From Macrostomum lignano (lineage: Eukaryota), in the NCBI GenBank assembly GCA_002269645.1, contig NIVC01001063.1, positions 124,001 to 188,000 of the forward strand: DNA of 64,000 nt, in the 5' to 3' direction. The notes under the pieces are model-generated. The model saw nothing but the letters and a program-made list of their open reading frames with translations. It did no database searches and had not been told where the DNA came from. Every line of letters begins with the position of its first letter. Positions within the stretch are counted from its first letter, which is position 1. Shown here in pieces: positions 39,737-54,924 of this stretch. The position numbers were made by a program, and so were the translations under genes.

Positions 39737-41778
39737 AGGGGGAGCAGAGAGAAATGAGAAGAGATAAGAGAGAAAAGATAAAAGAAGAGAAAGGAAAGAT
39801 GAGAGAGCAAAAACGAGAGAGAAAAGAGGTGAGGGAAGAGACGAGAGAGTAGAGGAGAGAGTTAAGAGAAGAGAGAAAAGAATAGAAAGGAGAATGAAGA
39901 TCAGAGAGAAGACGGGGTGAGAGGAGAGAGAAGAGGAGAGAGGAGAGGAGAGAGAAAAGAAGAGACAAGAGATGAGATAAGAGAGAATGAAGAGAAGAGA
40001 GATGAGGGAAGATACGAGAGAAGAGGGGAGAGAGGAGAGAGGAGAGACGAGGGACGAGAGAGATGGCCTTAGATTTCAGAATACATGCAAAAGTAGTTCC
40101 GGGTATTGGAATTCCCCGGGTTCAAAATCCGCGGGTTTCAACAGCTTGTCTCTAACTATAAAAATCAAAACTCTGTCTGTGTGTCTGTCTGTCTGTCTGT
40201 CTGTGTGTCTGTGGACAATTTTGATCGCTATGGACTCCCAAACCGCTCAACCAAATTACACCAAACTTTACACCCACCCTAAACTTACTACGGAGAATGT
40301 CTTAGGCTACCTTTTAATTTCCTAGACTCAAGTCTTCCTACCTAAAAGTACAAAAAACTGCTCAAAATGCGCGATTTTTTCACTAAATCCTCCATAGCGC
40401 CGCTCCACTTCTACCGATTCTCTTCAAATTTGACACAGGCAATTTTCAACTATTTTGACACAATCGTGTAAAATTTCAAATCTCAAAGTTAATCCTGAAA
40501 GCCGCTGTGCACTTTTAAAGTTAGGCTGTTTTTTTCAGCGAGGCAGCCACCCCAACCTCCGCCCGCCTGCCTCTCTTTCCCGATCTGGGCCCAGATGTGT
40601 AAAAGGGTTTCAAAATTGACTAACTTTCAGCTGCCATAAGTTTGCTCTACGTAAAGCGATTGACTTCAAACTTGACACAATTCTTCGTTGACTTATTCTC
40701 TGTCTAAATGTAAAGTTTCAACTCTCTAACTCAATCAGAACAGAAACTGTAAACATGTAAAGTTTGTCTGCTTTTTCTGTTGTTTGTGCCACTCACTCAC
40801 TCATTCCCCCAGAGCCAGACGAAGGGTCAGGCGATAGGGCTCAATGTACATAGCGAATGTACAGTGTTTTGGAATAACTTTTTAATAGCCTTCTCTGTAC
40901 CCCCGCGAGTGGAGAGGCGTGGAGAGGAGAGAGTTTAGCGAGAGATTCAATTTCAAACCACTGTCCTCTGAATAGACAAGTCTGCAGCAGTTAAACAAGG
41001 ATGGTAAATCAAGGCGATGTGGGATGGTTTGTAAAAATATCGAAAAATTAATGAATAACTGATTACAATGCAATCCTACTAAATTAGTTAGTTAAAGCAT
41101 GAAGCTTTTAACATTAAGATTCGCATAAGGTAACTTTAAAATTTAAATGGCTACGAAGAAATGCGTATTTCCTTGGTTGTTAGACTGCTGCAGACTGGTG
41201 GTGGAGCTGGGAATGGAGATACACAAATTCCTCTCAGGGCTGCTAATTGGCCAGAAAGATGACGCGATTAAAGCATGAGAAATGATAACAAATAACAACC
41301 ATGATAGTATTACTTCCCATCCCATGCACAAACTGGCTTTCGAAGCAGGGATCGGCAGATTTTTATCTCAAAGGCCAGATAAAGAATCCAGCTCATGGCT
41401 GCGGGCCAGATGAGAGTGAAAAGGAAAAGGAATAGACTATTAGAAAGGGAGGAGGGGCGAGAGGGGATAAGAGAGCAGATAGAAGATAACAGGAGAGACG
41501 AGGGGGTTGAGGAGAGAGCAGAGAATATGGGACGAAGAAGCGAGAGGGGGGAGAGAGAAGGGAGACGAAATAGTAGAGGTGAGAAGATGGAGAGAGAAGA
41601 GGGGAGAGATGAGACAGAGGATCGATGAGAGAGGAGAGTGGAGAAGAGTGAGAAGAGATGAGAGATGAGAGAACAGAGAGGCAAATGAGAGAGCATCGAG
41701 AGAAGAGATTAGAAAGGATAGAGAAGAGAGGAGATAAGAGGGGGAGAGAGAGGAGTGAGAAGAGAGGAGATAAGAGAT

Positions 41779-41849
<71 letters not shown>

Positions 41850-44143
41850 GAGAAAGAAGAGAGGACAAAGGAGAGATGATAGAGTAAAGGGAAGAGGAGG
41901 AGAGAAAAAAGAGATGAGATTGTAGAGATGAGGGAGATGAAAGGAAAGATGAGAGAGTAGAGATGAGAGATGAAGGAAGAGAGAGCAGAGTGCAGAGAGA
42001 CGAGAGAAGAGAATAGAGGGGTGAGAGTATAGAAGAGGGAAGAGAAGAGAGGAGTAAGGAAAGAGAGGAGTCAGAAGAGGAGAAAGAGAAGAGTACACAG
42101 TAGAGAGGAGAGTAGAGATGACAGAAGAGAGAGGGATATGAGAGAGCAAAGATGAGAGTGAACAGACGATATAAGAGAGGAGAGAGGAGAGTGGAGAGAG
42201 AAGAGAGAAGACAAGAGAGGGAGAGAGTATAGAAGAGAGAAGAGAAGAGACGAGAAGAAAGAAGAAAGGAAAGAGAGTCCTGAGTCAAAAAAGGGGAAAG
42301 AGAGGAGTACAAGAAGAGAGAGGTGAGAGAACATATGAGAGTAAAGATGACAGATGAGAGAGGGGAGATGAGAGAGCAGAAACCAGAGTGAATAGACGAG
42401 AGATGGGAGAGTAGAGAGAAGAGAGGAGAGATAAGAAATAAGAGATGAGATGTGGGGACAAGGGAGAGATGAGAAGTGAGTGAGGAGAGAGGAGGGGAAG
42501 GGAGAGAATTGAGAGGACAGGGGAAATTGGTGAAAAGGACGAGAGAGAAGAGGAAAGAGAGGAGAGATTAGAGAGAAGAGAGATAGGACAGGAGAGAGCA
42601 GAGAGAAGAGAGGAGAGAGAGAAGAGAGAAATGAGAAAAGATAAGAGAGAGAGAGAAGATAAAAGAAGAGAAATGAGATATAAGAGAGCGAAGACGAGAG
42701 AGAAGGGAGGTGAGAGAAAAGAATAGAGGGGAGAGGGAAGAGACGAGAGAAGAGGGGAGAGAGGAGAGAGGACAGAGAAGAGAAGAAAGAAGAGATAAGA
42801 GGAGAAAAAGAGGAGACGAGAGACGTGAGAGAAGATAGGAAACAGAAAAGAAGATGGAAGTTTTAAAGGATGCAAAGTACATAGGGAGAGGCAGAGGCAG
42901 AGGCCAGAGTTTGCCTGACATTCTGCGCAGCACCCCAGCCAACAATATCAATGTTTGCTTCAAATCCTAATTTTACACGAATCTATACTCTATTTTATGT
43001 TTAACTCCATCCTAACTATTAACAAGTTTTTGTTTGAGTTTGACCTCAGATTTTAGATTACATGCAAAAATAATTCTGGGGAATGGAGTTCCCCGGGCTC
43101 AAAATCCGCGGGTTTCAACAGCTTGTCTCTACCTATAAAAGTCAAAACTCTGTCTGTGTGTGGACAATTTTGATCGCTATGGACTCCCAAACCGCTCAAC
43201 CAAATTACACCAAACTTTACACCCACCCTAAACTTACTACGGAGAATGTCTTAGGCTACCTTAAAATTTCCTAAATTTGAGTCTTCCTACCTAAAAGTAC
43301 AAAAAAACTGCTCAAAATGCGCGATTTTTTCACTTAATCCTCCATAGCGCCGCTCCACTTCTACCGATTCTCTTCAAATTTGACACAGATAATCTTCAAC
43401 TATTTTGGCACAATCATGTAAAATTTCGAGTCTCAAAGTTAATCCTGAGCGGTGCTGTGCACTTTTAAAGTTAGGCTGTTTTTTTCAGCGTAGCAACCAC
43501 CCCAACCTCTGCCCGCCTGCCTCTCTTTCCCGATCTGGGCCCAGATGTGTAAAAGGGTTTCAAAATTGACTAACTTTCAGCTGCCATAAGTTTGCTCCAC
43601 GTAAATTGATTGACTTCAAACTTGACACAATTATTCATTGACTCATTCTCTATCTAAATGTAAAGTTTCAACTCTGTAACTCAACAGAAAAAGAAACTGT
43701 AGGCATGTGAAGTTTGTCTGCTTTTTCTGTTGTTTGTGCCACTCACTCACTCATTGCCCCAGAGCCAGACGAAGGGTCAGGCGATAGGGCTCAATGTACA
43801 TAGCGAATGTACAGTGTTTTGGAATAACTTTTTAATAATAGCCTTCTCTGTACCCCCGCGAGTGGAGAGGCGTGGAGAGGAGAGAGTTTAGCGAGAGATT
43901 CAATTTCAAACTACTGTCCTCTGTATAGACAAGTCGCAGCCGTTAAACAAGGATGGCAAATCAAGGCAATGTGGGATGGTTTGTAAAAATATCGAAAAAT
44001 TAATGAATAACTGATTACAATGCAATCCTACTAAATTAGTTACACCATGAAAATTTTAACATTAAGATTCGCATAAGGTACTTTAAAATTTAAATGGCCT
44101 CCTAAGAAATGCGTATTTCCATGGTTGTTAGACTGCTGCAGAC

Positions 44144-45084
44144 TAGGGATTCCAATCCCGGGATCCCGGGATCCCGGGATCCCGGGATTGGGGCCAAAAA
44201 TCCGGGATTTGAATCCCGGGATTTTTTTGGGAATCGAATCCCGGGATTTTTAATCCCGGGATTGCAAAAGACCGGGATCGGGATCCCGGGATTTCAAGGC
44301 CTTAATCCCGGGATTGGTCCGGGATTAGAACGACCTTTCAATGCCTAAATTAGATAATTTAAAGTCTAAACGTTTATTTGAATAATAAAACATTTATTTG
44401 TTTTTGCTGTTTCTCAATGAAACGTTAAACATTTGCAAAGCTCCTGTCCTAATTGAGCTAAAAATTGTTAATGTGAACTGTAAATTATAGATAATTTTAA
44501 CTTTTTTTTCGTTTTCTACCACGATACGAGACTGAGGGCCTTTTCATATTGCTTGCTCTGGTTCCAGAACAAGAACCAATTTGTGAAGTATAAACTTTTT
44601 GTCTCCATAACTAGAGGGAGATACGTGCTATAAAGTTTTTATTATTGAATGACAGTCGCCAAGAAGAAAGTGAAAAATTGTGCTAAGTGAGGCTGTTAAG
44701 GCAGTCAAATATTAACAGAGTTTAATAGTTATACTGCTGTTTTTCTTCGAATTCCGAACCGATTCTGGTTCTGGAATTGGTAATATGAAAAGGCCCTGAG
44801 ACTCTGAGAGTCGCGAGACCATGACTACTGCACGCGGCACGCCGCACAGTCCGTCTAGCAATTTAGGGATTCCAATCCCGGGATCCCGGGATTCCGGGAT
44901 TGGGGCCAAAAATCCGGGATTTGAATCCCGGGATTTTTTTGGGAATCGAATCCCGGGATTTTTAATCCCGGGATTGCAAAAGCACCGGGATTCCGGGATT
45001 TTGAGTCCCGGGATTTCAACAGCATCGGGATTTCGGGACTATTCAATCCCGGGATTGTAAAATGTCGGGATTTTGGAATCCCTA
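44144..45084 (-). mobile_element. Composite non-autonomous hAT element, 941 bp, copy 2 (inverted)
   Basis: Reverse complement of copy 1; different 8-bp TSD ctgcagac (44136-44143, 45085-45092). Confidence 0.93.
44536..44796. mobile_element. PIF/Harbinger-type MITE nested in hAT copy 2
   Basis: Same TIRs, TSD TGA (reverse complement of TCA), same position in the composite. Confidence 0.85.
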
Positions 45085-46255
45085 CTGCAGACTGTGGTGG
45101 TGGAGCTGAAAATATACAAATTCCTCTCAGGGCTGCTAATTGACCAGAAAGATGACGTGATTAAAGCATGAGAAATGATAACAACCATGATAGTACTATG
45201 TCCCACAAACTGGCTTTCGAAGCAGGGATCGGCAGATTTTTATCTCAAAGGCCAGATAAAGAATCCAGCTCATGGCTGCGGGCCATATGAGAATGAAAAG
45301 GAGAAGGAATAGACTATTAGAAAGAGCGGAGGGGCAAGAGGAGGATCAGAGAAAATATAGAAAATAATAAGAGAGACGAGGGGGTTAGGAGAAAGCAGAG
45401 AATATGGGAGGAAGAAGCGAAAGGAGGGATAGAGGAGGGAGAGGAAAGAGTAAGAGGTGAGAAGAGGGAAAAAGAAGAGTTAAGAGATGAGACAGAATCG
45501 ATGAGAGAGGAGGGTAGAAAAGAGTGAGAAGAGAGTAGAGATGAGTAGACATGAGAGAACAGATAGGAGATGAGAGAGGAGGGTAGAGAAGAGTGAAAAG
45601 AGAGTAGAGATGAGTAGACAAGAGAGAACAGAGAGGAGATGAGAGAGGATTGAGAGGAGCGATTAGAAAGGATAGAGAAGAGAGGAGATAAGAAAGGGAG
45701 AGAGGAGTGAGAAGTGAGGAGAGAGATGAGATCGAGTTGCGAAAGAAGAGAGGAGAAAGGGGAGATGATAGAGTAAAGGGAAGAGGAGGATAGAGGAAAG
45801 AGATGAGATTGTAGAGATGAGAGAGATGAAAGGAAAGCTGAAAAAGTAGAGATGAAAGATGAAGGAAGAGAGAGCAGAGTGCAAAGACGAGAGAAGAGAA
45901 TAGAGGGAGGGAGTAGAGGAGAGGGAAGAGAAGTAAGGAAAGAGAGGAGTCAGAAGAGGGGAAAGAGAAGACTACACCGGAGAGAACATATAAGAGTAAA
46001 GATGACAGATAAGAGAAAGGAGAGAGAGCAGAAACGAGAGTGAACAGACGAGAGATGGGAGAGTAGAGAGAAAAGTGGAGAGATAGATAAGAAATGAGGT
46101 GAGATGTGGAGACAAGGGAGAGATGAGAAGTGAGTGAGGAGAGAGGAGGGGAGGGAGAGAATCGAGAGGACAGGGGAAATTGGCGGAAAGGACGAGAGAG
46201 GAGAGGAAAGAGGGGAGAGATTAGAAAGAAGAGAGATGGGACAGGACAGGAAAGA

Positions 46256-46300
<45 letters not shown>

Positions 46301-47198
46301 CAGAGGGGGGGGGAGCAGAGAGAAATGAGAAGAGATAAGAGATAAAAGATAAAAGAAGTGAAAGGAATGATGAGAGAGCAAAGACGAGAGAGAAAAGAGG
46401 TGAGGGAAGAGACGAGAGAAGAGGGGAGAGATGAGAGAGTAGAGGAGAGAGGAGAGGGGGAGAGAGGAGAGAAGAGAGAAAATGAAAAAGTAGAGAGGAG
46501 AAAGGAGAGGAGAGAGAAACGAAGAGACAAGAGATGAGATAAGAGAGATAAAAGAGAAGAGAGATGAGGGAAGATACGAGAGAAGAGGGGAGAGATGAGA
46601 TAACAGATATGAAAGAGAAGAGAGATGAGGGAAGATACGAAAGAAGATAGGAGAGAAGAGAGGAGAGAGAAAACGAAAGAGTAGAGAGGAGAGAGGAGAG
46701 GAGAGAGAAGACGAAAAGTAGAGAGGAGAGAGAGAGAGAGGAAAGAGTAGAGAGAAGAGAGAAGAGATGAGATAAGAGAGATGAAAGAGAAGAGAGATGA
46801 GGGAAGATACGAGAGAAGAGAGGAGAGAGGAGAGAGGAGAGACGAGGGACGAGAGAGAAGAGAGGAAACAGAAGAGACGATAGAAATTTTAAAGGATCTA
46901 AGGGACGTAGGGAGAGTCAGGGAGAGGCCAGAGTTTGCCAATACATGTTTTAGAGTCAGACAGACATTGCCTGGCATTCTGTGGAGTACCCCAGCAAACA
47001 ATATCAACGTTTGCCTCGAACCCTAATTTAACACGAATGTGCTCCATTTTATGTCTACCTCTATCCTACTAACATTAATTTGTTTGTGTATGGCCTTAGA
47101 TTTCAGAATACATGCAAAAGTAGTTCCGGGTATTGGAATTCCCCGGGTTCAAAATCCGCGGGTTTCAACAGCTTGTCTCTACCTATAAAAATCAAAAC

Positions 47199-47231
<33 letters not shown>

Positions 47232-49119
47232 GGACAAATTACTTCGCTATGGACTCCCAAACCGCTCAACCAAATTACACCAAACTTTACACCCACCCTA
47301 AACTTACTACGGAGAATGTCTTAGGCTACCTTTTAATTTCCTAGACTCAAGTCTTCCTACCTAAAAGTACAAAAAACTGCTCAAAATGCGCGATTTTTTC
47401 ACTAAATCCTCCATAGCGCCGCTCCACTTCTACCGATTCTCTTCAAATTTGACACAGGCAATTTTCAACTATTTTGACACAATCGTGTAAAATTTCAAAT
47501 CTCAAAGTTAATCCTAAAAGCCGCTGTGCACTTTTAAAGTTAGGCTGTTTTTTTCAGCGTAGCAACCACCCCAACCTCCGCCCGCCTGCCTCTCTTTCCC
47601 GATCTGGGCCCAGATGTGTAAAAGGGTTTCAAAATTGACTAACTTTCAGCTGCCATAAGTTTTCTCCACGTAAAACGATTGACTTCAAACTTGACACAAT
47701 TCTTCATTGACTCATTCTCTGTCTAAATGTAAAGTTTCAACTCTGTAGCTCAACCGAAAAAGAAACTGTAAGCATGTGAAGTTTGTCTGCTTTTTCTGTT
47801 GTTTGTGCCACTCACTCACTCATTCCCCCAGAGCCAGACGAAGGGTCAGGCGATAGGACTGAATGTACATAGCAAATGTACAGTTTTTTGGAATAACTTT
47901 ATTTATAGCCTTCTCTGCACCCCGAGAGTGGAGAGGCTACGTTTAGCCATGGCAGTTTAGTGAGAAATTCTAACCACTGCCCTCCCCTCTGTATTGGCAA
48001 ACTCTGCAGCAGTTTAACAGTGGATGGCAATTGGCAAATCGAGGGAATCCAGCATGGTTTGTAAAAGCGAAATATTTATGAAAAGGCGATGCGATGCAAT
48101 GCAATACAACCCTACTAAATTAGGCACACCATGGAAATTTAGGTTTTCTCTTAAAGGTACTGTGTAAATATTAAATGGCCTCCTAAGAAATGCGTATTTC
48201 CTTGGTTGTTAGACTGATGCAGACTGCAGTGGAGCTGAAGATACACAAATTCCTTTCAGGGCTGCAAATTGGCAAGAAAGATGACGTGATCAAAGCATGA
48301 GAACAACCATGAGAGTACTACGAGCGTACGTCCCACAAACTGGCTTTCCAAGCAGGGATGGGCATACTTTTTCCTCAAAGGCCAGATAAAGAATCCAGCT
48401 CATAGCTGAGGGGCAGATGAAAGTGGAAAGAAGAAGGAATAGACGATTCGAAGAGAGGAGAGGCGACAGAGGGGATAAAAGAAAAGATAAAAGATAATAG
48501 GAGAGATAAGGGGGTGAGGACGATGAGAGAGAGGGGAGAAGAGGGGAGAGAGGAAAAGCGAGAGGAGAGAGTAGAGATGAGAGAGCAGAGAGCTGCAGAT
48601 GAGAGGAGAGCAGAGATGAAACAGGTGAAAGCAGAGAGATGAGAGAGTAAAGGAAAGAGAGAAGAGATAAAGATACATCTCTACATCTCTAAGGTTCTAG
48701 AGATGAGAGAGGTGGAAGGAGAGATAAGAGATAACGGAGAGAGGAGAGTGGAGTGAGAGAAGAGTATAAGAGAAGAGAAGACAGAGTATAGAAAAGGGAA
48801 GAGAAGAGAAAAGAAGAAAGGAGAAAGGAAAGTGAGGAGTCAAAAGAGGGGAAAGAAAAGAGTACAGAGGAGAGAGGTGAGAAAACATATAAGACAGAGA
48901 TGCCAGATTAAAGAGGGGGATGAGAGAGCAGATACGAGAGTGAACAGATAAAAGATTGGAGAGTAGAGAGAACAGAGGAGAGGTTACAGAGACGAGAGGA
49001 GAGAGGAGAGACAAAGGTATAGAAGTGAGTGAGGAGAGAGGAGAGGAAAGAGGAGAATGGAGAGGGGAGAGAGTAGAGAGAGAAGGTGAGATAAGAGAGA
49101 AAGACAGAGAAGAGGGAGA

Positions 49120-49189
<70 letters not shown>

Positions 49190-50043
49190 AGCAGAGAGAA
49201 ATGAGAAGAGATAAGAGATAAAAGATAAAAGAAGAGAAAGGAATGATGAGAGAGCAAAGATGAGAGAGAAAAGAGGTGAGGGAAGAGACGAGAGAAGAGG
49301 GGAGATATGAGAGAGTAGAGAGAGAGGAGAAGGAGAGAGGAGAGGAGAGAGAAAACGAAAAAGTAGAGAGGAGAAAGGAGAGGAGAGAGAAACGAAGAGA
49401 CAAGAGATGAGATAAGAGAGATGAAAGAGAAGAGAGATGAGGGAAGATACGAGAGAAGAGGGGAGAGATGAGAGAGTAGAGGAGAGAGTTAAGAGAAGAG
49501 AGAAAAGAATAGAAAGGAGAAGGAAGATAAGAGAGAAGAGGGGGTGAGAGGAGAGAGGAGAGGAGAGAGGAGAGGAGAGAGAAAAGAAGAGACAAGAGAT
49601 GAGATAAGAGAGATGAAAGAGAAGAGAGATGAGGGAAGATACGAGAGAAGAGGGGAGAGAGGAGAGAGGAGAGACGAGAGACGAGAGACGAGGGACGAGA
49701 GAGATGAGAGGAAACAAAGAGACAATAGAAATTTTAAAGGATCCAAGGGACGTAGGGAGAGTCAGGGAGAGACCAGAGTTTAGCAATATATGTTTTAGAG
49801 TCAGACAGACATTGCCTGACATTCTGCGCAGTACCCCAGCCAACAATGTCTCAAACCCTAATTTTACACGAATGTGCTTCATTTTATGTCTACCTCTATC
49901 CTACTAACTATTAACAAGTTTTTGTTTGTGTATGGCCTTAGATTTCAGAATACATGCAAAAGTAGTTCCGGGTATTGGAATTCCCCGGGTTCAAAATCCG
50001 CGGGTTTCAACAGCTTGTCTTCTCTACCTATAAAAATCAAAAC

Positions 50044-50076
<33 letters not shown>

Positions 50077-51964
50077 GGACAAATTACTTCGCTATGGACT
50101 CCCAAACCGCTCAACCAAATTACACCAAACTTTACACCCACCCTAAACTTACTACGGAGAATGTCTTAGGCTACCTTTTAATTTCCTAGACTCAAGTCTT
50201 CCTACCTAAAAGTACAAAAAACTGCTCAAAATGCGCGATTTTTTCACTAAATCCTCCATAGCGCCGCTCCACTTCTACCGATTCTCTTCAAATTTGACAC
50301 AGGCAATTTTCAACTATTTTGACACAATCGTGTAAAATTTCAAATCTCAAAGTTAATCCTAAAAGCCGCTGTGCACTTTTAAAGTTAGGCTGTTTTTTTC
50401 AGCGTAGCAACCACCCCAACCTCCGCCCGCCTGCCTCTCTTTCCCGATCTGGGCCCAGATGTGTAAAAGGGTTTCAAAATTGACTAACTTTCAGCTGCCA
50501 TAAGTTTTCTCCACGTAAAACGATTGACTTCAAACTTGACACAATTCTTCATTGACTCATTCTCTGTCTAAATGTAAAGTTTCAACTCTGTAGCTCAACC
50601 GAAAAAGAAACTGTAAGCATGTGAAGTTTGTCTGCTTTTTCTGTTGTTTGTGCCACTCACTCACTCATTCCCCCAGAGCCAGACGAAGGGTCAGGCGATA
50701 GGACTGAATGTACATAGCAAATGTACAGTTTTTTGGAATAACTTTATTTATAGCCTTCTCTGCACCCCGAGAGTGGAGAGGCTACGTTTAGCCATGGCAG
50801 TTTAGTGAGAAATTCTAACCACTGCCCTCCCCTCTGTATTGGCAAACTCTGCAGCAGTTTAACAGTGGATGGCAATTGGCAAATCGAGGGAATCCAGCAT
50901 GGTTTGTAAAAGCGAAATATTTATGAAAAGGCGATGCGATGCAATGCAATACAACCCTACTAAATTAGGCACACCATGGAAATTTAGGTTTTCTCTTAAA
51001 GGTACTGTGTAAATATTAAATGGCCTCCTAAGAAATGCGTATTTCCTTGGTTGTTAGACTGATGCAGACTGCAGTGGAGCTGAAGATACACAAATTCCTT
51101 TCAGGGCTGCAAATTGGCAAGAAAGATGACGTGATCAAAGCATGAGAACAACCATGAGAGTACTACGAGCGTACGTCCCACAAACTGGCTTTCCAAGCAG
51201 GGATGGGCATACTTTTTCCTCAAAGGCCAGATAAAGAATCCAGCTCATAGCTGAGGGGCAGATGAAAGTGGAAAGAAGAAGGAATAGACGATTCGAAGAG
51301 AGGAGAGGCGACAGAGGGGATAAAAGAAAAGATAAAAGATAATAGGAGAGATAAGGGGGTGAGGACGATGAGAGAGAGGGGAGAAGAGGGGAGAGAGGAA
51401 AAGCGAGAGGAGAGAGTAGAGATGAGAGAGCAGAGAGCTGCAGATGAGAGGAGAGCAGAGATGAAACAGGTGAAAGCAGAGAGATGAGAGAGTAAAGGAA
51501 AGAGAGAAGAGATAAAGATACATCTCTACATCTCTAAGGTTCTAGAGATGAGAGAGGTGGAAGGAGAGATAAGAGATAACGGAGAGAGGAGAGTGGAGTG
51601 AGAGAAGAGTATAAGAGAAGAGAAGACAGAGTATAGAAAAGGGAAGAGAAGAGAAAAGAAGAAAGGAGAAAGGAAAGTGAGGAGTCAAAAGAGGGGAAAG
51701 AAAAGAGTACAGAGGAGAGAGGTGAGAAAACATATAAGACAGAGATGCCAGATTAAAGAGGGGGATGAGAGAGCAGATACGAGAGTGAACAGATAAAAGA
51801 TTGGAGAGTAGAGAGAACAGAGGAGAGGTTACAGAGACGAGAGGAGAGAGGAGAGACAAAGGTATAGAAGTGAGTGAGGAGAGAGGAGAGGAAAGAGGAG
51901 AATGGAGAGGGGAGAGAGTAGAGAGAGAAGGTGAGATAAGAGAGAAAGACAGAGAAGAGGGAGA

Positions 51965-52034
<70 letters not shown>

Positions 52035-54873
52035 AGCAGAGAGAAATGAGAAGAGATAAGAGATAAAAGATAAAAGAAGAGAAAGGAATGATGAGAGAGC
52101 AAAGATGAGAGAGAAAAGAGGTGAGGGAAGAGACGAGAGAAGAGGGGAGATATGAGAGAGTAGAGGAGAGAGGAGAAGGGGAGAGAGGAGAGGAGAGAGA
52201 AAACGAAAAAGTAGAGAGGAGAAAGGAGAGGAGAGAGAAACGAAGAGACAAGAGATGAGATAAGAGAGATGAAAGAGAAGAGAGATGAGGGAAGATACGA
52301 GAGAAGAGGGGAGAGATGAGAGAGTAGAGGAGAGAGTTAAGAGAAGAGAGAAAAGAATAGAAAGGAGAAGGAAGATAAGAGAGAAGAGGGGGTGAGAGGA
52401 GAGAGGAGAGGAGAGAGGAGAGGAGAGAGAAAAGAAGAGACAAGAGATGAGATAAGAGAGATGAAAGAGAAGAGAGATGAGGGAAGATACGAGAGAAGAG
52501 GGGAGAGAGGAGAGAGGAGAGACGAGAGACGAGAGACGAGGGACGAGAGAGATGAGAGGAAACAAAGAGACAATAGAAATTTTAAAGGATCCAAGGGACG
52601 TAGGGAGAGTCAGGGAGAGACCAGAGTTTAGCAATATATGTTTTAGAGTCAGACAGACATTGCCTGACATTCTGCGCAGTACCCCAGCCAACAATGTCTC
52701 AAACCCTAATTTTACACGAATGTGCTTCATTTTATGTCTACCTCTATCCTACTAACTATTAACAAGTTTTTGTTTGTGTATGGCCTTAGATTTCAGAATA
52801 CATGCAAAAGTAGTTCCGGGTATTGGAATTCCCCGGGTTCAAAATCCGCGGGTTTCAACAGCTTGTCTACCTATAAAAATCAAAACTCTGTCTGTCTGTC
52901 TGTGGACAAATTACTTCGCTATGGACTCCCAAACCGCTCAACCAAATTACACCAAACTTTACACCCACCCTAAACTTACTACGGAGAATGTCTTAGGCTA
53001 CCTTAAAATTTCCTAAATTTGAGTCTTCCTACCTAAAAGTACAAAAAACTGCTCAAAATGCGCGATTTTTTCACTTAATCCTCCATAGCGCCGCTCCACT
53101 TCTACCGATTCTCTTCAAATTTGACACAGATAATCTTAAACTATTTTGGCACAATCATGTAAAATTTCGAGTCTCAAAGTTAATCCTGAGCGGTGCTGTG
53201 CACTTTTAAAGTTAGGCTGTTTTTCAGCGTAGCAACCACCCCAACCTCTGCCCGCCTGCCTCTCTTTCCCGATCTGGGCAAAGGGTGTGAATAGGTTTTA
53301 AAATGCCTAACTTTCGGCTGCCATAGTTTTGCTCCACGTGAAGCGATTGACTTAAAATTTGACACAATTCTTTATTGACTCATTCTCTGCCTACATGTAA
53401 AGTCTCAACTCTGTATCTCAATCAGGACAGAAACTGTAAGCATGTGAAGTTTGTCTGCTTTTTCTGTTGTTTGTGCCACTCACTCACTCATTCCCCCAGC
53501 TCAGACGAAGGTTCAGGCGATAGGACTGAATGTACATAGCAAATGTACAGTGTTTTGGAATAACTTTTTTTATAGCCTTCTCGCACCCCGAGAGTGGAGA
53601 GGCTACGTTTAGCCATAACAGTTTAGTGAGAAATTCTAACCACTGCCCTCCCCTCTGTATAGGCAAACTCTGCAGCAGTTTAACAGTGGATGGCAATTGG
53701 CAAATCGAGGCAATCCAGCATGGTTTGTAAAAGCGAAATATTTATGAAAAGGCGATGCGATGCAATGAAATACAACCCAACTAAATTAGGCACACCATGG
53801 AAATTTTAAGTTTCTCTTAAAAGTACTTTGGAATTTAAATGGCCTAAGAAATGCGCTTTTCCTTGGTTGTTAGACTGATGCAGACTGCAGTGGAGCTGAA
53901 GATACACAAATTCCTTTCAGGGCTGCAAATTGGCAAGAAAGATGACGTGATCAAAGCATGAGAATAACGATGAGAGTAGTACGTCCCACAAACTGGCTTT
54001 CGAAGCAGGGATCGGCAGACTTTTACTTCAAAAGCCAGATAAAGAATCCAGCTTATGTGCGGGCCAGATGAGAGTGGAAAGGAAGGAATAGACTATTAGA
54101 AGAGAGGAGAGGCGAGACGGGGATAAGAGAAAACATGGAAGATAAGAGGAGAGACAAGTGGTGAGGAGAGAGCAGAGAAGAAAGGAGGAAGAAGCGAGAG
54201 GAGGGGAGAAAGGAGGGAGAGGAAAGAGTAAAGGTGAGAAGAGGGGAGAGATGAGACAGAGGATCGATGAGAGGAGAGTAGAGATGAGAGAGCAGAAAGA
54301 AGATGACAGAGGGTCAAGAGGAGAGGAGAGATTAGAGAGGAGAGAGTAGAAAGGATAGAGAAGAGAGGAGATAAGAGGGGGAGAGAGGAGTGAGAAGAGA
54401 AGAGATAGAGATAAGAGAGGAGTGTAAGAAGAGGGGTGTAAGAAGAGGGGAGAAAGGAGAGATGAGATTGTAGAGATGAGACAGATTAAAGGAGAGATGA
54501 GAGAGTAAAGATGAGAGATGAAAAAGGTGAGAGGAGAGTGCAGAGAGACGAGAGAAGATAATAGAGGAGAGAGAGTATAGAAGAGGGAAGAGAAAAGAAG
54601 AGAGGAGTAAGGAAAGAGAGGAGTCAGAAGAGGTGAAAGAGAAGAGTACAGAGGAGATAAGTGAGAGAACGTATGAGAGAGTAAAGATGACAGATGAGAG
54701 AGCAGAGATGAGGGTGAACAGACGAGAGATGGGAGAGTAGAGAGAACAGAGGAGAGATAAGAGAGAAGAGATAACAGAGACTAGAGGAGAGAGGGGAGAC
54801 AGGGAGAGAGAAGAGGAAATATGAGAATGAAGAGGGGAGAGAGTAGAGAGGAGAGGAGAGATGGGAGAGGAGA

Positions 54874-54924
<51 letters not shown>

